From Candidatus Bipolaricaulota bacterium (GTDB lineage Bacteria > Bipolaricaulota > Bipolaricaulia > UBA7950 > UBA9294), in NCBI GenBank assembly GCA_034715975.1, contig JAYEFP010000031.1, forward strand, positions 1-50,465: DNA of 50,465 bases. The letters run 5' to 3'. The translations under genes and the position numbers were made by a program. This document shows, piece by piece, positions 43,433 through 50,465 of the stretch. Below the pieces are notes generated by a model that was not told where the DNA came from, made no database searches, and saw nothing but the letters and a program-made list of their open reading frames with translations. Position 1 is the stretch's first letter. Every line of letters starts with the position of its first letter.

Positions 43433-44986
43433 ATGAAGAAGGTACTAGGTGTTCTTTTGGTAATTGGCGTGCTAGCTATTGTTCCGCTTATGGTTTCAGC
43501 CGCCGAACCGTTGATTATGGGGACGACCGACCGTGTGACCGAGCTTTCGTTTGCTAACAGCTACGATCACTACAGTTGGCATGTCCTGCGTGCAACTACG
43601 GATGCGCTGGTGAAACTGAACGATGAGACCCTGGACATAGAAGGGGCAATTGCCGAATCGTGGGACGTCTCCGCGGACGGTATGGTGTATACGTTCCACA
43701 TTCGCCCAGGGATCACGTTCTGGGATGGTGCTGCGTGTGATGCTGCTGCGGTAAAGTGGTCACTCGACCGTACAATAAGCCTCGATGGACCGGAAGGTGG
43801 AGTAGGGCTGATCAAGGGCGTCATCGATCATATCGATGTCATTGATCCGTTGACCGTTAACATCACTCTGACTCAGGCGGACGCGATCTTCCTGCTGCGT
43901 ATGTCGCAGGAGCTTGCACCGGCGCTGATTTACTCGCCGAAGACGACACCTGCTGATGACTTTGCTGTGGGTGTCTATGCGGGGACCGGGCCGTACAAGC
44001 TGCTGGAATACGTTCCTGACCAGTACGTGAAGTACGAGGCCTACGATGGTTACTATGGCCGGGCACCGAAGACCAAGGATGTCATCGAGAAGATGTACTC
44101 CGATGCTGCCGCGCTGCGTGCAGCACTTGAAGCCGGCGACGTTGACTTCATCTTCCGTACCCTGAGCCCGCAGGACATTCAGGACCTGGAAGACAACCCC
44201 AACGTTGACATCAATTACTATCCGCCGAGCCCTGGTGTTCGCTATCTGCTGTTCAACGTGACGCAACCGCCGGTGGACAATCCGATAGTCCGTCAGGCGA
44301 TCACCTATGCGGTCGACCGCCAGGCGATCATTAGTCAGGTCTTTAGCGGAACTGTTGACCCGATCTATACAATGGTTCCTATGGTCGATCCTCCATTCTT
44401 CGGCGCTATCGATGTCTTCCCGCATCGCGATCTAGATATCGCCCGCGTGTTGCTGCAGAGTGCTGGCTACTCGGAGACGAACAAACTTGAGCTAAACCTC
44501 TGGTACACGCCGAAACACTACGGTACAACCGAGGGCGATGTGGCCACAGTTGTTGCTGGTAGTCTAGAAGAGACGGGAATGATCGATATCTCGATCCAGA
44601 TGCTTGAGTGGGGAGCATATACCGAGCGCATGTCGGGCGGTGGATTTGACATGTTCTTCCTCGGCTGGCACCCGGACTATCTCGAGTCATCCAACTTCCT
44701 TGCTCCATGGACGACGGAGTCGCCGGAAGGATTGGGAACATTCTTCAACGAGAATGAGCACTTCGCTATCTACAAAGAGCTGATGGACATTGCCACGACC
44801 ACTGCCGACACGACAGTGCGTTCGAATATATACAAGGCGGTCCAGCTTCTAAGTGTTCAGGATGTCCCATGGATTCCTCTGTGGGCAATGACTGATGAAA
44901 TGGTCATCGGGTCGCTGCCTGGGGTCCACGGTACAATGTTGAACATCACGATGGATGTCTGTATCTGGAACGTCTACAAAGACTAG
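43433..44986 (+). CDS. ABC transporter substrate-binding protein, family 5 (peptide/oligosaccharide/nickel)
   Basis: Signal peptide, ...FHIRPGITFWDG, GTGPYKL..Y, and 517 aa, the typical SBP_bac_5 size. Confidence 0.9.
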   Translation: MKKVLGVLLVIGVLAIVPLMVSAAEPLIMGTTDRVTELSFANSYDHYSWHVLRATTDALVKLNDETLDIEGAIAESWDVSADGMVYTFHIRPGITFWDGAACDAAAVKWSLDRTISLDGPEGGVGLIKGVIDHIDVIDPLTVNITLTQADAIFLLRMSQELAPALIYSPKTTPADDFAVGVYAGTGPYKLLEYVPDQYVKYEAYDGYYGRAPKTKDVIEKMYSDAAALRAALEAGDVDFIFRTLSPQDIQDLEDNPNVDINYYPPSPGVRYLLFNVTQPPVDNPIVRQAITYAVDRQAIISQVFSGTVDPIYTMVPMVDPPFFGAIDVFPHRDLDIARVLLQSAGYSETNKLELNLWYTPKHYGTTEGDVATVVAGSLEETGMIDISIQMLEWGAYTERMSGGGFDMFFLGWHPDYLESSNFLAPWTTESPEGLGTFFNENEHFAIYKELMDIATTTADTTVRSNIYKAVQLLSVQDVPWIPLWAMTDEMVIGSLPGVHGTMLNITMDVCIWNVYKD

Positions 44987-45013
44987 TTTCGCAGATTTGC
45001 GAATGCTTCACGA

Positions 45014-45041
45014 GGGGCCGAGAAATCGGTCCCTTTTTTTT
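45014..45041 (+). terminator. strong intrinsic terminator after the SBP gene
   Basis: GGGGCCGA, GAAA tetraloop, TCGGTCCC (one G-U pair), followed by T8. Confidence 0.8.
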
Positions 45042-45173
45042 GTTCGGACGGCTGTCGTTGTCCGCCGAGCGGACGCGGCTTATACTTGTAGGCAGAGGGA
45101 ATTTGTAGCGGTGGAGACAAGTTTGTGGCCAAGTACAACCATCGATGTGGATCGGTGAGAAGTACGACCCAGA

Positions 45174-45566
45174 TTGGCGAAATGGCCGGAGTGCTTACGC
45201 CCGCAGTCTGTTTCAAGAGTGGTGAGGCAAGAAGAGGGGGTGTGGCAGTTGTACACGCAGTTGCGAGAGCAGCATAAGCACGTTTCTCATAGACAGATCG
45301 GGCACCGCGCGTTGCTGTGGGTCGTCGTCGTGTCTGTCCTCCTCCTCACCTCGCTCTATGCGATCAGGTTTGTCACAATTAGTCGGTTGCAGCAGCAGGT
45401 AGCTGTCCTTAGCGTGAAGGAGCAAAGTGTACTCGATGAGGAATCAGTGCTCCGCGCGTGTCTCGCTCGGAAAGACGATCCTCAGGCGATCGAGGATGTT
45501 GCCCGCGAGAAGCTTGGGTTGGTGAAGCCGGGAGAGCAGCTCATCATCTTTGTTAAAGGAGACTGA
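45174..45566 (+). CDS. septum formation initiator (FtsB/DivIC-like)
   Basis: Single TM helix, a coiled-coil stretch, and C-terminal IEDVAREKLGLVKPGEQLIIF. The true start is probably further downstream. Confidence 0.6.
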   Translation: MAKWPECLRPQSVSRVVRQEEGVWQLYTQLREQHKHVSHRQIGHRALLWVVVVSVLLLTSLYAIRFVTISRLQQQVAVLSVKEQSVLDEESVLRACLARKDDPQAIEDVAREKLGLVKPGEQLIIFVKGD

Positions 45567-45568
45567 AC

Positions 45569-48500
45569 TTGACAGTAAAGTTTGTTCATCTCCACACACA
45601 TTCGGAGTACAGCATCCTGGACTCCTCATGCAAGATCAAGGCGTTACTGGATCGGACTGAGGAGTACGATATGGACGCCCTCGCCCTCACGGATCATGGT
45701 GTGATGGGCGGCGCAGTCAAGTTCTACCGTGAGGCCAAGCGCCGTGGGATCAAACCGATCATCGGTTGTGAGATCTACCTTGCTCCGGGCGACAGGCGCG
45801 AAAAGAAGGTCCGCAACGGCGCGAAGTACTTTCACCTTGTGCTCCTTGCGGAGAATGAACGCGGTTATTCGAATCTCGTCTCCATTGTCAGTTTGGCACA
45901 GACGGAGGGGTTCTACTACAAGCCGCGCGCAGACAAGCAACTATTGCGACAATACCATGAGGGACTGATTGCTCTCTCCGCCTGTCAGAGCGGGGAAATT
46001 CCACGCCTTCTCCTTGCTGGACGAGGGGACGCTGCGCACACTGCCGCCTTGGAGTATGCGGAGATCTTCGGCCCAGGGAACTTCTACATCGAACTGCAGG
46101 ACCACGGTACGGAGACGGACAAACGGTTGCGGGGTGAACTTGTTTCACTGGCACGCGATCTCGATCTGCCACTCGTGGCGACGAATGACACGCATTATCT
46201 GGCGCCGGAGGATCGCCTGGCGCACGAGGTCTTGCTTAACATTCGCGCTAACAAGAAGATCGATGATGATGACCGGATGAAGTTCGATGGCGATGGCTAC
46301 CACTTCCGAAGTGCTACCGAGATGGAGGAGCTGTTCTCCGATATTCCGGAGGCTATAGATAACACGCGTGTCATTGCCGATCGCTGCAATGTGGAGATAG
46401 AGTTTGGCCACACAGTGATACCACCGTTCCCGTTGCCGGAAGGGATCACCGCTGATGAGTACCTGCGTAAGCTGGCCTATGAAGGGGCACATGCGAAGTA
46501 CGATGAAATTACGCGCGCGATCGAGGAACGCCTGGAGTACGAGCTGTCTGTGATCGAGAGGATGAAGTATGCCACCTACTTCCTTATAGTCTGGGACTTC
46601 GTTCGTTTTTCGAAGGAACAGCATATTCCCGTTGGGCCAGGTCGAGGATCGGCGACGGGGAGCCTTGTCTCCTATTGCATCGGCATCACGCGTGTTGATC
46701 CTCTTCGCTATAGCCTGATCTTTGAGCGCTTCCTCAACCCGGAGCGTGTGAGCATGCCTGATTTCGACATCGATTTCTGCGTCAAGGGGCGCGATCGGGT
46801 GATCGCCTACGTTCGGGAGAAGTACGGTCGCGATTGCACCGCGCAGATCGCCACCTACGACCGCATGGCGGCGCGCAGCGTAGTGCGGGATGTGGGAAGA
46901 GTGCTCGGCGCATCGTATGGCACCACCGACCACCTGGCTAAGCTTATCCCTTATGGCCTCACCCTGCGGGTTGCCGTCGAGCAGGTGGCCGAGCTGCACA
47001 AGCTCTACGAAAGCGATCCCGAGGTCAAGAAGATTGTCGATATCGGCCTGCGTCTGGAGGGATTAGCGCGGAATACGTCCACCCATGCCGCTGGCGTTGT
47101 GGTGGCTACACGTCCGCTGCAGGAGATTGTTCCGCTTCTACGGCTGGGTGAAGGTGAGATTGTCACTCAGTACGATATGACTGACGTCGAAGCGGTTGGG
47201 CTCTTAAAGTTCGATTTCCTCGGTCTACGAAACCTCACGCTGCTCGATGAGGCATGCACTTCGTTGCGGACGCATGCCGGGATCGATGTCGATCTGGATG
47301 AGGTTCCACTCGATGACGAAAAGACCTTCGAGATGATACGCGCCGGCAAGACGGCGGGGATATTCCAGTTAGAAGGATCGGGGATGACCTCCCTGATCCG
47401 GAGAGTGGAACCGGATCGCTTCGAGGACCTTATCGCACTCCTCGCTCTCTACCGGCCCGGGCCTTTGGAGAGCGGGATGACCAATGACTACGTAGAGCGT
47501 CGCCATGGTCGCCAGAAGATCACCTACCCTCATCCGAGCCTGAGCGAGGTCCTCGACGAGACCTACGGCCTGCCAATCTATCAGGATCAGATCATGCTTA
47601 TGGCGCAGAAACTAGCCGGTTTCTCCCTTGCTGAGGCGGACATCCTGCGCAAGGCGATGGGAAAGAAGAACAAGGTGATGATGGCAAGCATGCGCGAGAA
47701 GTTCATGGCTGGCTGCCTGAAGAACGACATCTCGGAGCCGGTCGCCACGCAGAGCTTTGACGACATGGAGAAGTTTTCGCGCTACGGGTTCAACAAATCG
47801 CACACCACCGCCTACGCCTTCATCTCTTACTGGACGGCCTACCTCAAGGCAAACTACCCGACCCACTTTATGGCAAGCTTACTGGCGAGTGTGCAGGGCG
47901 ATCTGGACAAGGTTGCATCCTACATCGGCCAGTGCCGTCGAATGGGAATTGAGGTCCTTCCGCCGGACATCAACGAAAGCGAGGCTAGCTTCACCCCTAC
48001 CTCTGACTCCCGGATCCGCTTTGGCCTGGCGGCGATCAAGCACGTAGGGAAGGGGGCGATTGCCGCGATCCTCGCTGTGCGCAAGGACGGCTTTTCGTCC
48101 TTCTTTGACGTATGCCGACGTGTTGATGGCGCCGACCGGGACACGTTGGAGGCACTGATCAAGGCCGGGGCGTTTGGTAGCTTTGGTTCGTCACGGCGCG
48201 GGCTTCTCATGCATGTCTCACAAGGGGTCGAGATGATGCAGATCGCTCGTCACGAGAGGCAGAGCGGGCAGCAGTCGTTCTTTGGAGGGCTGGAGACGGC
48301 GGCCGTCGATCCGATTGTCTCCGAGGAAGAATTTCCGCAGAGCGAACTGCTCGAATTTGAAAAGGAATTCCTCGGACTGTACATCAGTGCGGACCCGCTC
48401 GATCAGTACCGCGACGTCATCTCGCTCTACTGCAGACCTCTCTCTAGCGTGAGCAGTCTGCGAGAGGCGGAGAGTGCGGTCATCGGAGGACGGATCACTG

Positions 48501-48985
48501 CTATGCGCCGTATTGCAACGAAGAAGGGAGATCAGATGGCGTTTATCACCATGAGCGACGGAGACAGTGAGGCGGAGGTCACGATCTTCCCGCGTGTTCT
48601 TGAAACGGCTTCCTCGTCAATCGACGTTGACCTATTTACCGCGCTACGCGTAACCGCGGGGAGGAGGAACGGAGATATCAACCTTGTTGCCGATGAGGCG
48701 ATCCCCTTGGAGTCATTGGAGAAAAAGATCAGCCTATCGGTAAACGTGACCCTCGGCGAGGAAGAGATAGATTCCGATCGACTGACGCGGCTCAAGGTAT
48801 TCCTTGCGGAGCATCCGGGCGACGCTCCGTTTGTTCTGCGGGTAGATGCCGAAGATGGGCGGTTCCTCGTGCGGGCGGGAAAGGGATTCTGTGTCTGCCC
48901 CACTGTTGAGCTGCAACGCGGTTTAGAGGAGATCGTTGGCGTTGGTCGAGTCCGTGTTTCAAGCGGTGGTATTCGTGAGGATTAG
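45569..48985 (+). CDS. dnaE: DNA polymerase III alpha subunit
   Basis: 1138 aa. TTG start after AAAGGAG. PHP domain FVHLHTHSEYSILDS, GPGRGSATGSLVSYC.GIT, PDFDIDF, and a C-terminal OB fold. Confidence 0.95.
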   Translation: MTVKFVHLHTHSEYSILDSSCKIKALLDRTEEYDMDALALTDHGVMGGAVKFYREAKRRGIKPIIGCEIYLAPGDRREKKVRNGAKYFHLVLLAENERGYSNLVSIVSLAQTEGFYYKPRADKQLLRQYHEGLIALSACQSGEIPRLLLAGRGDAAHTAALEYAEIFGPGNFYIELQDHGTETDKRLRGELVSLARDLDLPLVATNDTHYLAPEDRLAHEVLLNIRANKKIDDDDRMKFDGDGYHFRSATEMEELFSDIPEAIDNTRVIADRCNVEIEFGHTVIPPFPLPEGITADEYLRKLAYEGAHAKYDEITRAIEERLEYELSVIERMKYATYFLIVWDFVRFSKEQHIPVGPGRGSATGSLVSYCIGITRVDPLRYSLIFERFLNPERVSMPDFDIDFCVKGRDRVIAYVREKYGRDCTAQIATYDRMAARSVVRDVGRVLGASYGTTDHLAKLIPYGLTLRVAVEQVAELHKLYESDPEVKKIVDIGLRLEGLARNTSTHAAGVVVATRPLQEIVPLLRLGEGEIVTQYDMTDVEAVGLLKFDFLGLRNLTLLDEACTSLRTHAGIDVDLDEVPLDDEKTFEMIRAGKTAGIFQLEGSGMTSLIRRVEPDRFEDLIALLALYRPGPLESGMTNDYVERRHGRQKITYPHPSLSEVLDETYGLPIYQDQIMLMAQKLAGFSLAEADILRKAMGKKNKVMMASMREKFMAGCLKNDISEPVATQSFDDMEKFSRYGFNKSHTTAYAFISYWTAYLKANYPTHFMASLLASVQGDLDKVASYIGQCRRMGIEVLPPDINESEASFTPTSDSRIRFGLAAIKHVGKGAIAAILAVRKDGFSSFFDVCRRVDGADRDTLEALIKAGAFGSFGSSRRGLLMHVSQGVEMMQIARHERQSGQQSFFGGLETAAVDPIVSEEEFPQSELLEFEKEFLGLYISADPLDQYRDVISLYCRPLSSVSSLREAESAVIGGRITAMRRIATKKGDQMAFITMSDGDSEAEVTIFPRVLETASSSIDVDLFTALRVTAGRRNGDINLVADEAIPLESLEKKISLSVNVTLGEEEIDSDRLTRLKVFLAEHPGDAPFVLRVDAEDGRFLVRAGKGFCVCPTVELQRGLEEIVGVGRVRVSSGGIRED

Positions 48986-50264
48986 GCAGGCACTCCGCTG
49001 GCTCTATCCCGGAATGAGGGTGAAACGGTGGGCGCTTCTTTTGACGATATCGATGTTCTTTGTCGTCTTCGGCATCTTGGAGGTCGTCGGGCGAGTACGG
49101 ATAGGCGAGCTCTACGACATCATCCCCAAGTCACCTGGGCTGCGTTTTCTGATCATCGTTGCCGCATTCGTCATTGGAGTGGGAGGGTTTCTCTTTGCCC
49201 TGTTTCGCCTCGTGCACTCAGTTGCGCGTGGCATCGCCCCCGGACGTGATGAAGAGCCGTCTCAGATCATCTATCGCACGCGCGTCCTACGGCGCGGACC
49301 TCATGTAGTTGCGATCGGTGGTGGGACGGGGTTGTCCACCCTGTTGCGGGGGATGAAGGAAGAGACCTCGAATATCACGGGGATCGTCACGGTGATGGAT
49401 GACGGAGGCAGCTCGGGCAGGCTGCGCTCGGACCTCGACATTCTCCCTCCCGGCGATATTCGTAACTGTATCCTTGCTCTGGCAGAGGATGAGGAGCGCA
49501 TGGCGCAACTCTTCCAGCACCGCTTCTGGGGGAAGCCTGAGCTCGCGGGTCATTCTCTGGGGAACATCCTCCTTGTTGGCCTGGAACAGGCAACAGGTGG
49601 ATTCGATCGAGCGATTGAGGAAATGAGCTACATCCTGAACGTGCGCGGCGAGGTTCTCCCGGCGACCCTCGAAAAGACGCAGCTGCGCGCGGAGATGGAG
49701 GATGGTGACTGGGTGGAGGGTGAGAGCCATATCACCGCTGATCCGCGCAGGATCAGTCGCATTGAGCTATCGAAGAAGAATGTCACGTCGTACTATCGTG
49801 TACTGGACGCGCTTGCATCCGCGGACCTGATCCTTCTCGGTCCGGGAAGCCTGTTTACGAGTATTATCCCGAACCTTCTCGTCGATGATGTTGCTGATGC
49901 TCTCGCTGCCTCTGCCGCGGAGAAGATACTCGTGGGTAACCTGATGACCCAGCCGGGAGAGACTGATGGATTATCGCATCTGGATCATATCGAGGTCCTT
50001 TCAAGTTATGTCGATCTAACGTGTTTTGATAAGGTACTTGTGAGTGATGCCCTGCCGCCTGATGAGTTTATCACGAGCTATCTGGAGGAGGCATCAGAGC
50101 CAGTGATAAACGATCTCCCATTGGAGAACAAGTATCAGATGGAGGTAGTGAGCGCTGATCTTCTTGGCTTCGCTGAGCTGTCCGGGAAGCAGACGGTAAA
50201 GCACGACCCACGTAAATTAGCGAAAGCGATCGTCCACAACTCGAGAGCCTTCTCGCGGCACTGA
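48936..50264 (+). CDS. YvcK/CofD-like (UPF0052, gluconeogenesis factor family) protein with N-terminal 2-TM extension
   Basis: Contains VVAIGGGTGLSTLLRGMK, VTVMDDGGSSGRLR, PGDIRNC and GPGSLFTSIIPNL. The likely real start is GTG 48975 (GGTGG SD) or ATG 49014, which reduces the overlap with dnaE. Confidence 0.85.
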   Translation: MALVESVFQAVVFVRIRQALRWLYPGMRVKRWALLLTISMFFVVFGILEVVGRVRIGELYDIIPKSPGLRFLIIVAAFVIGVGGFLFALFRLVHSVARGIAPGRDEEPSQIIYRTRVLRRGPHVVAIGGGTGLSTLLRGMKEETSNITGIVTVMDDGGSSGRLRSDLDILPPGDIRNCILALAEDEERMAQLFQHRFWGKPELAGHSLGNILLVGLEQATGGFDRAIEEMSYILNVRGEVLPATLEKTQLRAEMEDGDWVEGESHITADPRRISRIELSKKNVTSYYRVLDALASADLILLGPGSLFTSIIPNLLVDDVADALAASAAEKILVGNLMTQPGETDGLSHLDHIEVLSSYVDLTCFDKVLVSDALPPDEFITSYLEEASEPVINDLPLENKYQMEVVSADLLGFAELSGKQTVKHDPRKLAKAIVHNSRAFSRH

Positions 50265-50343
50265 AGCAACGCTAGCATTCAGCTGGCAGCCATCGGATTG
50301 CAGCAAGAAACTTGACAGGAGATCACGTTTTCGCTAGCTTTGC

Positions 50344-50371
50344 AGTTCCGAGTTCCGAGTTCCGAGTTCCG
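50344..50371. repeat. tandem 7-bp repeat (GTTCCGA) x4
   Basis: Four perfect units downstream of the yvcK-like stop. Direct repeats GCT(C/T)GCTAAAG lie nearby, at about 50385-50425. Confidence 0.9.
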
Positions 50372-50465
50372 AACCTCTCGTCCGCTCGCTAAAGCTCGGT
50401 CAAGCTCACCGCGCTTGCTAAAGACTGCCCTAATCACGAATGACACGAATCAGCCAAATGTCACT

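Noticed and set aside
1-50465. Mobile elements, prophage, or toxin-antitoxin or defence genes.
   Set aside because: I could recognise no transposase, integrase, recombinase, nuclease/helicase defence signatures or flanking long inverted or direct repeats.

Overview
This is a dense bacterial chromosomal segment with about 45 protein genes. Sigma-70-like promoters (TTGACA-17-TATAAT type), SD sequences and hairpin/T-run terminators are readable by eye. Most of it is housekeeping: ileS, purA, rplM, aspS, alaS, tmk, dnaN, dnaE, lspA, a yvcK-like gene, a peptide ABC importer, peptidases and redox proteins. A beta-barrel OMP and LspA point to a diderm bacterium. I found no rRNA, tRNA, CRISPR array, transposase or integrase. 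The only accessory-looking block is 14.1-24.3 kb. There, three consecutive exported modular proteins (VWA, PKD repeats and a recurring two-part module I cannot assign to a named family) run head-on into a five-gene, translationally coupled cassette: DUF4129-like, TM protein, MoxR AAA+, DUF58, polytopic TM protein. I propose this ten-gene locus as the candidate uncharacterised system, an envelope or surface assembly apparatus. Secondary observations: two genes with broken reading frames (an ECF sigma factor and a ThiS/MoaD-like GG protein), GATC-phased short tandem repeats sharing a 12-mer with the MoxR-cassette promoter region, two unusually long non-coding convergent spacers, rplM without rpsI, and an ABC importer without ATPase genes. 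All functional calls come from motif recognition by eye. No database search was run.
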